64,000 nucleotides of DNA, taken from Salaquimonas sp. Lineage in GTDB: Bacteria; Pseudomonadota; Alphaproteobacteria; Rhizobiales; Rhizobiaceae. A program made the position numbers and the translations under genes. Shown here piece after piece: positions 30,680-40,257 of this stretch. The stretch covers positions 8,573 to 72,572 of the forward strand of contig JBGSNX010000081.1 of NCBI GenBank assembly GCA_041739465.1, given 5' to 3'. Position 1 is the first letter of the stretch. Each line of letters opens with the position of its first letter. The notes under the pieces are model-generated. The model did not search any database, had not been told where the DNA came from, and saw only the letters and a program-made list of their open reading frames with translations.

Positions 30680-31605
30680 TCCCCATGAAAAGCGAAGTGT
30701 TCCACAAGGCAGCATGGAAGCAATGCCTTGCGCTGATTGCCATGATGGCCATGCCCGGAGCGGCTGTTGCTGCCGATGGCTGGACGGCTGAAAAGATTGA
30801 AAAGCCGAAAGTGCCACAGGAAATAGTCAAGGAAGAGCGCGCCCCCGCGCCCTCCGGCATTCCCTTCATGCTGACGGCTCCCGCCTCGCCTTCGGGTGAT
30901 ATTCTAGCAGCCTGGTATTCGCAGCCAACCGGTCGCTACAGGCATGGCGTGCTGGGAGATGCCATCGAGGGCGGCTCACTGAGCGCGACTTTGAAAGGCG
31001 GGCGCACGGTCAATTTCCGACTGCCCGAAACCGAGGTTTTCGAGGATATCGCACCGCGGGTCATCGACCTTGACGGCGATGGACGCAGCGAAATCGTCAC
31101 CATCGTTTCTTCGCTGCGCGGCGGAGCATCGGTGGCTGTTTTCGGCATGTCAGGCGACGGCCTCGCCAAAAAAGCGGCAACGCCACACCTGGGCCAGCCC
31201 AATCGCTGGATCAACATCGCCGGGATCGCGCGCTACAATGCCGACCGCTTGCAAACGATTGCCTTTGTGGCAACGCCGCACATTGGCGGCAAGCTTGGCT
31301 TCCTGCGCTATGTGCAGGGCAGCCTGTTCGTGATCAGCGCCGAAACCGGGTTTTCGAACCATGTCATCGGCTCACCGGAGTTGCGATTGTCTGCCAGCGC
31401 CGACATCGACGGTGATGGCACGATGGAACTCGCCCTGCCCTCACAAGACCGAAAGACCTTGCGCATCATGGGTTTTGACCGGAGCGGCCTCAAGCAGCAA
31501 GGCGCTGCCGAGCTTCCCTCCCCCATCGACAAGGCCATTGGTGTGGATGGCAAGGATTTCATTGTCGGCCTGGAAGACGGAACGGTATGGCGGGTGAAGA
31601 AGTAA
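30676..31605 (+). CDS. secreted FG-GAP/VCBS repeat protein
   Basis: 309-aa ORF with a signal peptide (..AMPGAAVAADG) and repeats carrying DLDGDGRSEIV and ADIDGDGTMELA calcium-type motifs. Its start overlaps the ribB stop (ATGA). Confidence 0.75.
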   Translation: MIPMKSEVFHKAAWKQCLALIAMMAMPGAAVAADGWTAEKIEKPKVPQEIVKEERAPAPSGIPFMLTAPASPSGDILAAWYSQPTGRYRHGVLGDAIEGGSLSATLKGGRTVNFRLPETEVFEDIAPRVIDLDGDGRSEIVTIVSSLRGGASVAVFGMSGDGLAKKAATPHLGQPNRWINIAGIARYNADRLQTIAFVATPHIGGKLGFLRYVQGSLFVISAETGFSNHVIGSPELRLSASADIDGDGTMELALPSQDRKTLRIMGFDRSGLKQQGAAELPSPIDKAIGVDGKDFIVGLEDGTVWRVKK

Positions 31606-31621
31606 TCCCGTCTTCACGCCT

Positions 31622-31945
31622 TCAATACCCAAGCCTGCTGGTGTCTGCCTTGCCATGGCAAATGACTGCATAAACGCAAGCGCGCTTGTCGAGCGTTGCC
31701 GCCGATACCCTGTCGATCGTGTAGTTGTTTGGACCGCATTGCAGGCCTTGGGTTTTGCGTATCGGAATGCCGCCGCGCAACGTGGTCGGCTTGCCGTGAA
31801 CAAGTTTCGTAACGGATTTTGTTTGTTCAAAACTCGTGACAAGTTCCTCGCAGGTCATTTGTTCGGCAAGCTTTCCGGCGAAAGCAGTTGTCGGAGCTGC
31901 TACCGCCAAAAGGGCAAGGGAAAGAACAATTCGCTTCATGACCAT
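31622..31945 (-). CDS. hypothetical secreted protein (4 Cys)
   Basis: 107-aa ORF with the clear signal peptide MVMKRIVLSLALLAVAAPTTAFA. No family was recognised. Confidence 0.55.
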   Translation of the reverse strand: MVMKRIVLSLALLAVAAPTTAFAGKLAEQMTCEELVTSFEQTKSVTKLVHGKPTTLRGGIPIRKTQGLQCGPNNYTIDRVSAATLDKRACVYAVICHGKADTSRLGY

Positions 31946-32108
31946 CCTCCTGATGCAAAGGGGTTACGCCGGGATGGGCGAAGCGGTTCATGGCCTAACC
32001 GGATGAAATAGTCGCATTCCCGAAATTGTGATCTGCACAGGGGCGCGCAGTCATCTGCTTGACGACAGCACTCCTGCCGGTCCAATACACCGGTCAAGGA
32101 GCCGCAAT

Positions 32109-33059
32109 TTGACCACCCGCTGCTACACTCACCCTGTCTGCCTTGAACATTTGACGCCGCCAGGCCACCCCGAGCGACCTGAACGGTTGCGCGCGGTTGA
32201 CGAAGCTTTGTGCGATGAGCGTTTTCATCTGCTGGAACGCATGCTTGCACCCGAGGCAGACATTGCGTCTTTCATGCTTGTGCATCCGCAAGAACACATC
32301 TTGCGGATGGAAAAGCTTATCCCGCCACTTCCCGATGAAGGTGCGACCGAGACGCGACTGGTGCGCATCGATGCCGACACAACCGCCAGCCCCAGAACAT
32401 GGGATGCGGTGAAGCGCTCTGTGGGAGGTGCACTGGCGGGCGTTGATGCGGTATTTGCAGGTGAGGCCAGCAATGTTTTCTGCGCGATGCGCCCGCCAGG
32501 TCACCATGCGGAAAAAAATGTCGCCATGGGCTTTTGCCTTGTGAATTCGATTGCCGTGGCAGCGCGCCATGCGCAAAAACGCCATGGCGCCGAGCGAATT
32601 GCCATCGTCGATTTTGATGTGCACCATGGCAATGGAACGCAGGACATTTTTCAGGATGACCCTTCCGTCCTGTTTGCCTCAACCCACCAGATGCCGCTTT
32701 ATCCAGGAACCGGCGCCCTTTCCGAAACCGGCGTCGGCAACATCTTCAATGCGCCGCTGCGCGAAGGTGATGGCTCTGCCGCCTTTCGCGAGGCCATGAC
32801 CAGCCGGATCCTGCCAGCCGTCTCAGCGTTTCGTCCAGACCTCATTTTGGTGTCGGCAGGGTTTGATGCGCACTGGCGTGACCCATTGGCCGGACTTGAG
32901 CTGACCGCGGGCGATTTTGACTGGATAACCGGCAAGTTGATGGAACTGGCAGGCAAGCACTGCAACAACCGTCTCGTCAGCCTGCTTGAAGGTGGCTACG
33001 ATCTCCAAGGTCTTGCGGAATCGTCAGGCGCACATGTAAACCGGCTGATGGCTGGATGA
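32109..33059 (+). CDS. histone deacetylase family protein (acetoin utilisation/acetylpolyamine amidohydrolase-like)
   Basis: It has [18 protein letters not shown] and EGGYD. The start was trimmed to TTG 32109, which is 7 nt after AAGGAG. The family N-terminus ..[11 protein letters not shown] follows immediately. Confidence 0.85.
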   Translation: MTTRCYTHPVCLEHLTPPGHPERPERLRAVDEALCDERFHLLERMLAPEADIASFMLVHPQEHILRMEKLIPPLPDEGATETRLVRIDADTTASPRTWDAVKRSVGGALAGVDAVFAGEASNVFCAMRPPGHHAEKNVAMGFCLVNSIAVAARHAQKRHGAERIAIVDFDVHHGNGTQDIFQDDPSVLFASTHQMPLYPGTGALSETGVGNIFNAPLREGDGSAAFREAMTSRILPAVSAFRPDLILVSAGFDAHWRDPLAGLELTAGDFDWITGKLMELAGKHCNNRLVSLLEGGYDLQGLAESSGAHVNRLMAG

Positions 33060-33072
33060 ACGGATCAAAAAC

Positions 33073-33327
33073 ATGGCCGAAACTGCAAAGAACCTCGAAA
33101 TTGGAGCGATGAGCTTCGAAGCTGCCCTTGCCGAGCTGGAAAAGATCGTGGAACGGCTTGAGCAGGGGAACGTGGCGCTGGAAGAATCAATCACCCAGTA
33201 TGAGCGCGGGGAAAAACTGCGCGACCATTGCCAACGGCTGCTGGGTGCTGCTGAGGCGAAGGTCGAGAAAATCCGTCTGACGCAAGACGGCAAGCCTGCA
33301 GGTGTGGAACCGCTCGACCCGCAATAA
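33073..33327 (+). CDS. xseB: exodeoxyribonuclease VII small subunit
   Basis: 84-aa ORF with [18 protein letters not shown], typical of XseB. Confidence 0.9.
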   Translation: MAETAKNLEIGAMSFEAALAELEKIVERLEQGNVALEESITQYERGEKLRDHCQRLLGAAEAKVEKIRLTQDGKPAGVEPLDPQ

Positions 33328-33411
33328 ATGCGTTTCGCTTTGCCGCATATGCGCATCCTGGGTGCGGGTATAGAATGGACGCAAATGAAGCGTTCCGGGA
33401 GTTGAATTCAG

Positions 33412-34008
33412 ATGAAGGTCATTCGCTACGCTGCTTGGGCGATGGTGGCTATGGTAGCTGTCGGCATCGGCTTGGCCTGGTTCTCGCAGCAGCAAGGCGT
33501 TAACTTGTCGAGCATTGCTCGCATCAGTGTGGGTGGCCCGTTCGAGCTGACCCGCGCCGACGGCCAGCCGATCTCCGACAAGGACATTGCCGGTGCGCCG
33601 CATGCCATGTTCTTCGGCTTTACCCATTGCCCGGAAGTCTGCCCTACGACCTTGTCGGAGGCAGCCGGCTGGCTACAACAGCTTGGACCTGAAGGTGACC
33701 GCTTCAAGGTGTATTTCGTTTCGGTGGATCCGCAGCGCGACACCCCGGCCGTGCTCAAGGACTACATCGCCTCGTTTGACCCGCGTATCGTGGGAATAAC
33801 CGGCGATCCCGACAAGATCGCCAAGGTGCTTGCCGACTACCGGGTCTATTCCAAGCGTGTGGAACTTGAAGGCGGCGATTACACCATGGACCACACCGCC
33901 ACCATTTACCTGATGCGGGCTGATGGCAGCTTTGCGGGCACCATCGCCTGGGGCGAGAATCCCGACATTGCGCTTGAAAAAATCCGCAATCTGCTCAAAA
34001 GTGGCTGA
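33412..34008 (+). CDS. SCO1/SenC family copper chaperone
   Basis: 198-aa ORF with an N-terminal TM, a thioredoxin fold with CPEVCPTT (CxxxC), and a downstream His in YTMDHTA. Confidence 0.9.
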   Translation: MKVIRYAAWAMVAMVAVGIGLAWFSQQQGVNLSSIARISVGGPFELTRADGQPISDKDIAGAPHAMFFGFTHCPEVCPTTLSEAAGWLQQLGPEGDRFKVYFVSVDPQRDTPAVLKDYIASFDPRIVGITGDPDKIAKVLADYRVYSKRVELEGGDYTMDHTATIYLMRADGSFAGTIAWGENPDIALEKIRNLLKSG

Positions 34009-34009
34009 T

Positions 34010-34165
34010 ATGCAGGAATTGAAGCATCCCTTGCAGGGCCATTGGCCGCTGCTGGCATTTGCACTTGGCACCATCGCTGCCGGGGCGATCGCTTGGCTTT
34101 GGGCGAAATACGGGATCGACGTGTTCCTGATGCAGGCTGCCAATTTCGCAATGACCTGTTTCTGA
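34010..34165 (+). CDS. small single-TM hypothetical protein tightly coupled to SCO1
   Basis: The ATG at 34010 lies 1 nt after the SCO1 TGA. The 51-aa product is MQELKHPLQGHWPLLAFALGTIAAGAIAWLWAKYGIDVFLMQAANFAMTCF. It is the in-frame inner part of track ORF 33923-34165. Confidence 0.4.
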   Translation: MQELKHPLQGHWPLLAFALGTIAAGAIAWLWAKYGIDVFLMQAANFAMTCF

Positions 34166-34283
34166 TTGCAGCCACTGCATCTGTTTACCCTTCGTTAACC
34201 AGCCTTCTTGCCGCTTCACTAAACTTGTTCTGTCAGAATTGCTTCAATTCGGGACAAACGAGTCTGGTTGGCGGGGGATTGTC

Positions 34284-34595
34284 ATGCGCATTGGCAGAAC
34301 AGCATTTCTGGCGGCTTTTGGCGGAATTATTGCCACAGCGGCATACGCAGATGACATCGTGAAGCATGATCGCAAGGTGGAGCGCGCCGCAGCAGAGCGG
34401 ATCGCGGGCAAACTTGGTGACATGCGCGGCGGTGTTTCACACGATGCCGACCTTGCAACGCTTATCGAGATGAAGCGCAAGAAACTGCCGCGTCCGATGC
34501 AAACCAGCAATGGCGCGCTGCCGCCAATGGTGATGAATGAGGTGCCAGAAGGCGTCGATATCATGATCACCGGCTCCAACAAGCCGGTCAAATAG
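34284..34595 (+). CDS. hypothetical secreted protein
   Basis: Trimmed to the ATG at 34284, which gives the signal-like MRIGRTAFLAAFGGIIATAAYA. About 103 aa. No family was recognised. Confidence 0.5.
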   Translation: MRIGRTAFLAAFGGIIATAAYADDIVKHDRKVERAAAERIAGKLGDMRGGVSHDADLATLIEMKRKKLPRPMQTSNGALPPMVMNEVPEGVDIMITGSNKPVK

Positions 34596-34639
34596 CATCG
34601 CAGGCTTGCCTTTTGGCGTCTGCCGTCGCATGACGCGGC

Positions 34640-35386
34640 ATGAGCGGAAAAATCAGACTTGATCAGGCGTTGGTGGAACGCGGCTTTTACCCGTCCCGCT
34701 CGCGGGCACGCGATGCCGTTTTGCGCGGTTCAGTCACTGTTGGCGGCGTACCGGTTCTCAAGCCAGCCATGGTGCTGCATCCATCAGCCGACATTCGTGT
34801 TGAAGATGCAGCCGGCGGCTATGTTTCGCGAGCGGCGCTGAAACTCATTGCCGGACTTGAAGCCAGCGGCTTTGATCCGAAAGGCATGGTGGCGCTGGAT
34901 ATTGGCGCATCCACCGGCGGCTTTACGCAAGTTCTTTTGCAGCGCGGGGCAGAAAAAGTCTTTGCCATCGATGTTGGCCATGGCCAATTGCACGACAGCC
35001 TTCGAAACGATCTGCGGGTGGTGTGCATCGAAGGGCTCAATGCACGCGAAATGACCGCTGAAGACATCAATGATGAACAGCCGCAATTTCTGGTCTGCGA
35101 TGTGTCATTCATATCAGTGACACTTGCCCTGCCACCCGCCCTTTCGCTTGCAAAAGACGGCGCCAAGGCAATCCTGCTGATCAAGCCCCAGTTTGAAGTC
35201 GGGCGCGACAATGTCGGCAAGGGCGGTGTTGTGCGCGATGATGAGAAAGCGGCCGCATCGGGCAGCGAACTTTCCGCATGGCTGGACACCCAGCCTGGCT
35301 GGCGGTCCACCGGCGTTTATCCCTCGCCCATCGAAGGCGGCGACGGCAACCGGGAATTCCTGCTTTGCGCGGTTAAAGACCGATGA
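34640..35386 (+). CDS. tlyA: TlyA family rRNA (cytidine-2'-O)-methyltransferase
   Basis: 248-aa ORF with an S4-like N-terminus (RLDQALVERGF..SRSRA) and the FtsJ-type SAM motif DIGASTGGFTQVLLQRGA. Confidence 0.9.
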   Translation: MSGKIRLDQALVERGFYPSRSRARDAVLRGSVTVGGVPVLKPAMVLHPSADIRVEDAAGGYVSRAALKLIAGLEASGFDPKGMVALDIGASTGGFTQVLLQRGAEKVFAIDVGHGQLHDSLRNDLRVVCIEGLNAREMTAEDINDEQPQFLVCDVSFISVTLALPPALSLAKDGAKAILLIKPQFEVGRDNVGKGGVVRDDEKAAASGSELSAWLDTQPGWRSTGVYPSPIEGGDGNREFLLCAVKDR

Positions 35387-36612
35387 CCCAGACCTTGAAT
35401 ATCGATCATCTGGGACGACAGGGTGATGGCATTGCGCAGACAGCTGCTGGCCTTGCTTTTGTCCCCTTCGGCCTGCCCGGTGAAACCATTGTGGTTTCCG
35501 GAGCGAATGACAAACTTGCGGTGGAACGCATCGAAGTGGCATCGCCCGCGCGAAGCGAGCCCATCTGCCGGCATTTTGGAACCTGCGGCGGCTGCCAGAT
35601 GCAGCATCTGGCGCAAACGGCGTATCTCGAATGGAAGCAGGGGCTTTTGGTCGAAGCGCTGGCCCGCGAAGGCATCGAGATGCCGCTGATGCCAGTAATT
35701 TCATTTGGCGCACATCTGCGCCGCCGGGTGGTGTTTACCGCAATGCGCGGGCCCAAAAGCGGCCTGTTGGGGTTTTCGCAGCGTGGCAGCATCACGCTGG
35801 TGGACCTTTCCCAATGCCCGGTTTTGCTGCCGCAGATAGAGGCGGCCTTCAGCGCGTTGCGCCAGCTTGGTGCACTGCTTTCACCAAAGAAGGGCACGAT
35901 GAAACTGTCGGTCGTTGCCTGTGAAAACGGTCTTGATGTTGCGGCAGCCAATGGCGGCTTCACGCCGGAGCCTTCGCGCCAGCAGGCAATAAGCATTGCT
36001 GCACAGCATGGCTTTGCCCGGCTTTCGCTCAACGGCGAGACGCTGATCGAACTTTCCCGCCCAATTATCGCCTGCGGGCGGGCGAAAGTGACACCGCCAC
36101 CCGAGGCGTTTGTCCAGGCCGTGGCTGGTGCAGAAGATGCCATGGCTTCACTGGTGACGCAGCATCTGGCTCCGGCAAAATCGGTTGCGGACCTGTTCAG
36201 CGGCTTTGGAACCTTTGCGCTGCGGTTGGCGGAAAATTCGACCGTGCTTGCAGTCGAATCCAGTGGTGCTGCGCTCGATGCACTTGACCGGGCGTGGCGC
36301 GAAACCGGGGGCGGCCTGAAAGCGACCACGACCTTGAAGCGCGACCTCTATCGAAATCCGTTGACCGCTGAAGAAATGAAAAAGACCGGCGGTGTGGTGT
36401 TTGATCCGCCGCGTGCCGGTGCCCTTGAGCAAGCTGCAGAATTGGCAAAAAGCAAGGTGCCGCTGGTTGCGGCTGTTTCCTGCAACCCGGTCAGCCTGGC
36501 GCGCGATTTGCGCGTGCTGTTGGATGGCGGCTACCGGCTGAAAAGCATCACGCCGGTAGACCAGTTCGTGTTCACGCCGCATCTGGAAGCGGTTGCGCTG
36601 CTTGAGCGGTAA
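35383..36612 (+). CDS. class I SAM-dependent RNA (uracil-5-)-methyltransferase (RumA/TrmA family)
   Basis: 409-aa ORF with a TRAM-like N-terminus, the Fe-S cluster motif CRHFGTCGGCQMQH and the catalytic region VFDPPRAGA. Its start overlaps the tlyA stop (ATGA). Confidence 0.85.
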   Translation: MTQTLNIDHLGRQGDGIAQTAAGLAFVPFGLPGETIVVSGANDKLAVERIEVASPARSEPICRHFGTCGGCQMQHLAQTAYLEWKQGLLVEALAREGIEMPLMPVISFGAHLRRRVVFTAMRGPKSGLLGFSQRGSITLVDLSQCPVLLPQIEAAFSALRQLGALLSPKKGTMKLSVVACENGLDVAAANGGFTPEPSRQQAISIAAQHGFARLSLNGETLIELSRPIIACGRAKVTPPPEAFVQAVAGAEDAMASLVTQHLAPAKSVADLFSGFGTFALRLAENSTVLAVESSGAALDALDRAWRETGGGLKATTTLKRDLYRNPLTAEEMKKTGGVVFDPPRAGALEQAAELAKSKVPLVAAVSCNPVSLARDLRVLLDGGYRLKSITPVDQFVFTPHLEAVALLER

Positions 36613-36617
36613 GGGCG

Positions 36618-37379
36618 CTATTTTGCCCTGTTCATGAATGCCATGAACGCCTGGCGCGCCTCGTCAGATTTGAGGCGGGCTTCCCACAGCTTTGCTTCTT
36701 CGCGCATGCGCTGGAGAACATCTGAACGGTCGCCGCGAATGAGATCGCGACTGATGGCCATTGCCTCGGCTGGCTTGGAAGCAATCGATTGAGCTGCAGC
36801 GAGTGCAGCAACCTCCAGATCTTGTGACTCCACCACCTTGTTGACGAGGCCTGCTTCGCGCGCTTCCTGGCCTGAGAACTTCTCCCCCATTGCCAGCATG
36901 GCAAAGGCGCGGTGATGGCCCATGATGCGCGGGCCTATGAGTGATGAACCGGCCTCCGGCAACAGGCCAAGATCAACAAACGGCGTCTTGAAGCTGGAAG
37001 TGGTGGAAGCAACCACATAGTCACAGTGCATCAGCATGGTCACACCAACGCCGATGGCAAGGCCATCCACGCCCGCAACCACGGGCTTTTTCGCCATTAT
37101 GATGCGTTCGAGGAACTCGAACACCGCCATGCTGTCGCGCGCGCCCGACATTGCCACCCGCATGAAATCGCCGATGTCATTGCCGGCGGTAAAACTGCCC
37201 GGCACGCCCAATATCAGGCTGGCGCGCACATCTGCCGCCGATGCGGCAAGGTCAAGTGCGTCGGCCAGCGACTGGTACATCTGCGCGGTCAGCGCGTTCT
37301 TCTTGTCAGACCGGTTCATGCGTATGACCAGCACACCACCGTCGCGATTTGTTTCGACCAGATTGCCCATGGTGTTCAT
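36618..37379 (-). CDS. enoyl-CoA hydratase/isomerase family protein
   Basis: 253-aa ORF with the crotonase fold: VLVIRMNRSDKKNALT, FTAGNDIGDF, AGVDGLAIGVGVTM. Confidence 0.9.
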   Translation of the reverse strand: MNTMGNLVETNRDGGVLVIRMNRSDKKNALTAQMYQSLADALDLAASAADVRASLILGVPGSFTAGNDIGDFMRVAMSGARDSMAVFEFLERIIMAKKPVVAGVDGLAIGVGVTMLMHCDYVVASTTSSFKTPFVDLGLLPEAGSSLIGPRIMGHHRAFAMLAMGEKFSGQEAREAGLVNKVVESQDLEVAALAAAQSIASKPAEAMAISRDLIRGDRSDVLQRMREEAKLWEARLKSDEARQAFMAFMNRAK

Positions 37380-37382
37380 CCT

Positions 37383-39149
37383 TCAGGCGGTCAGCAATGA
37401 GCGGGCGGCAGAAAGGCTTGCCGCGCCGGTGGTGACCCGTGATTTCAGCGCGCCGCATTCGGCCAGATGATTTTCGGCAAAGAAGCGGGCAAGCGGTGCG
37501 CGTGCTTCTTGCGCTAGACCGGCTTTTGCAAGGTAACTGCCGCCAGCAGCAAGACCGCAAAGCCGCAGATACGGCGTCGCCCCGGCAAGCGCTTCTTCCA
37601 TGCGTCCGGCGGCAACTGCCTCCAGGAGCCATTCGCCTGCTTCCAGCATGTCGTCGAGTGCGGTTTCCATCAACCTTGCTGTTTCACCGAATGCTGGATG
37701 GTTTGCGCCGCGCACTTCGTGGGCAATTGCCCGCAATTCACCGACATAGGCCCGGAACGCTTCTCCGCCCGAAAGCGGCAGCTTGCGAACCACCAGATCT
37801 ATCGACTGGATGCCGTTGGTGCCCTCGTAGATCGGGTTGATCCTTGCATCGCGCCAATATTGGGCTGCGCCGGTCTCTTCGATGAACCCCATGCCGCCAT
37901 GGATCTGGACGCCCAGCGAAGCCACATCGACACCGACATCGGTGGAGAAAGCCTTGGCAATGGGCGTCAGCAGGCTGGCGCGCTCGGCCCATGTTTTGGC
38001 ATCCGCGCTGCCCTGATGGCTCATGTCGATGGCATGGGCGCAAGCATAGCAAATGGCCCTTGCCGCCTGCACATGCGACTTCATTCCCAACAAATTGCGC
38101 TGCACGTCCGGATGATCGATGATCGGGCTCATGGCATCGCCGGATGCGCCAGGGGCCTTGCCTTGACGGCGATCCTTGGCATAGGCCAAAGCGTGCTGGT
38201 ATGCGGCCTCGGCAACGGCGACGCCCTGAATGCCGACATTGAGGCGGGCATTGTTCATCATCGTGAACATGCAGGCGAGGCCCTTGTTTTCCTCGCCAAT
38301 CAGCCAGCCAATGGCTCCCTTCTCACTGCGACCGCCAAAGCCGTCGCCATAGACCATGACGCAGGTTGGCGAGCCATGAATGCCGAGCTTGTGCTCAACC
38401 GACTGGCAGAACACGTCATTGCGTTCGCCAATCGATCCATCGTCGTTGACAAGGAATTTGGGGACCAGAAAAAGCGATATGCCTCTGGTGCCAGCGGGGG
38501 CATCCGGCAGCCGCGCCAACACCAGATGACAGATGTTCTCCGTCATGTCGTGCTCGCCATAGGTGATGAATATCTTGGTGCCGAAAATGCGGTATGTGCC
38601 GTCGGACGCGCGTTCCGCCTTTGCCCGCAATGCGGCAAGGTCCGAACCGGCCTGCGGCTCGGTCAGGTTCATCGTGCCGGTCCATTCGCCCGAAACAAGC
38701 TTGGGCAAATATTTTGCCTTGAGGGCATCCGAACCATGCTTGTGGAGGGCTTCGACAGCGCCAATGGTCAACAGCGGACCGAGCCCGAATGCCATGGAAG
38801 CGGAGTTCCACATCTCCGCGGCGGCAACGGCCATCATCACCGGCAAGCCCTGCCCGCCATGTTCCACCGGCGCAGAAATGGCGTTCCACCCACCTTCAGC
38901 CCAGGCCTTGTAGGTATCCTTCCAACCGGGCGGAGTTGTAACATTAGCATCCTTGAGAGGCGTGCCGTGACGGTCACCGATTTTGTTGAGCGGAGCAATT
39001 ACCTCGCTGGCGAAGCGGCCAGCCTCTTCCAGAACCGCGTCGACGAGTTCTTCGGACAAATCGCCAAGGCGACCTTGCGCAAGCGCTTCGTCGAGACCTG
39101 CAATTCTCTTGAGGGCAAATGCAATTTCGCTGACCGGTGCGCGGTACAT
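37383..39149 (-). CDS. long acyl-CoA dehydrogenase (with C-terminal extension domain)
   Basis: 588-aa ORF with LTEPQAGSDL and YEGTNGIQSIDLV. It ends 3 nt before the hydratase start. Confidence 0.9.
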   Translation of the reverse strand: MYRAPVSEIAFALKRIAGLDEALAQGRLGDLSEELVDAVLEEAGRFASEVIAPLNKIGDRHGTPLKDANVTTPPGWKDTYKAWAEGGWNAISAPVEHGGQGLPVMMAVAAAEMWNSASMAFGLGPLLTIGAVEALHKHGSDALKAKYLPKLVSGEWTGTMNLTEPQAGSDLAALRAKAERASDGTYRIFGTKIFITYGEHDMTENICHLVLARLPDAPAGTRGISLFLVPKFLVNDDGSIGERNDVFCQSVEHKLGIHGSPTCVMVYGDGFGGRSEKGAIGWLIGEENKGLACMFTMMNNARLNVGIQGVAVAEAAYQHALAYAKDRRQGKAPGASGDAMSPIIDHPDVQRNLLGMKSHVQAARAICYACAHAIDMSHQGSADAKTWAERASLLTPIAKAFSTDVGVDVASLGVQIHGGMGFIEETGAAQYWRDARINPIYEGTNGIQSIDLVVRKLPLSGGEAFRAYVGELRAIAHEVRGANHPAFGETARLMETALDDMLEAGEWLLEAVAAGRMEEALAGATPYLRLCGLAAGGSYLAKAGLAQEARAPLARFFAENHLAECGALKSRVTTGAASLSAARSLLTA

Positions 39150-39285
39150 GGACGACCTCCCTGCGGTAAACTCGACCTGACCGGGGCATTGGCCATGTCT
39201 TTGAGTGGGACATAATGCCTTATTACGTAAACGTCAATTGAAGCTGCACTTGCGGGCGCAGCCCCTGCCCGGCTATAGGCGTTTC

Positions 39286-40257
39286 ATGGCGCGTATCATG
39301 AAGATGCAAGACGGGAACAAGGCAAGTGAAATCGCGTTGGCAGCGCTGGGCGAAGGCATGTGCGTCGCCATTCCGACCGAGACGGTTTACGGGCTGGCTG
39401 GCGATGCCACCAACGGGATTGCGGTTGCGCGCATTTTCGAAATGAAGGGGCGGCCGCGTTTCAATCCACTGATCTGCCATGTGGACGGCACTGAAATGGC
39501 CTCGCGGTTTGGCGAAATGAATGCAACGGCCATGCTACTGGCAAAGGCATTCTGGCCAGGCCCCCTGTCGCTGGTGGTAAATGCCATTCCAGCAAACGGG
39601 ATCAGCGAGCTCGCGACAGCAGGTCTTTCGACCATCGCCCTTCGCTGCCCGGATGGAATGGCGCGCAATCTGATAACCAGCTTCGGCAGGCCGCTTGCAG
39701 CGCCGAGCGCCAACCGCTCGGGGCGAGTGTCGCCGTCCAAGGCGATGCATGTCGCGCAGGAATTTGAAGGCACGGATCTGCTTGTGCTGGATGGCGGCGA
39801 CTGCCGCGAAGGCATTGAATCAACCATCGTCAAGGTCAGCGGCGACCGGCTTGAATTGCTGCGCCCCGGCACCGTGACTGCGGAACAATTGCAGCAGGCA
39901 ACCGGCATTGCTGTTTCCCGCCACGAAGGCGAGGGAATTTCGGCACCTGGCATGATGGCAAGCCATTATGCCCCGGATGCAAGGCTGCAAACGGAAGCAT
40001 CCCGTTGCCCGAACCATGCCGCGCTTCTGGCATTTGGCAATGGCGAAGGCCGTGACAGAAGCCATGCCATTGCCGTTCGAAATCTGAGCGCCACAGGCAA
40101 TTTGCGCGAGGCGGCGGCCAATCTGTATGCAATGCTCAAGGAACTTGACCAGTTGCAGCCAAGGCTGATTTCGGTCGAACCTGTGCCGCATGAGGGGCTT
40201 GGAATCGCGATCAACGATCGCCTGTCGCGGGCAGCGGCGCCACGCGAGGCCACATGA
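39286..40257 (+). CDS. L-threonylcarbamoyladenylate synthase (Sua5/YwlC type, YrdC plus Sua5 domains)
   Basis: Trimmed to the ATG at 39286. It has IPTETVYGLAGDA, KGRPRFNPLI and SANRSGRVSP. About 323 aa. Confidence 0.85.
   Translation: MARIMKMQDGNKASEIALAALGEGMCVAIPTETVYGLAGDATNGIAVARIFEMKGRPRFNPLICHVDGTEMASRFGEMNATAMLLAKAFWPGPLSLVVNAIPANGISELATAGLSTIALRCPDGMARNLITSFGRPLAAPSANRSGRVSPSKAMHVAQEFEGTDLLVLDGGDCREGIESTIVKVSGDRLELLRPGTVTAEQLQQATGIAVSRHEGEGISAPGMMASHYAPDARLQTEASRCPNHAALLAFGNGEGRDRSHAIAVRNLSATGNLREAAANLYAMLKELDQLQPRLISVEPVPHEGLGIAINDRLSRAAAPREAT

Noticed and set aside
35406-36329. 307-aa minus-strand ORF opposite the RNA methyltransferase
   Set aside because: It is an antisense shadow ORF. 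The plus-strand frame carries the Fe-S and DPPRAG motifs.
37698-39215. 505-aa ORF on the plus strand covering the acyl-CoA dehydrogenase locus
   Set aside because: It is fully antisense to a gene with clear family motifs. Its composition is Arg/Gly/Ala/His-rich with no recognisable motifs. This is a typical shadow ORF of a high-GC gene.
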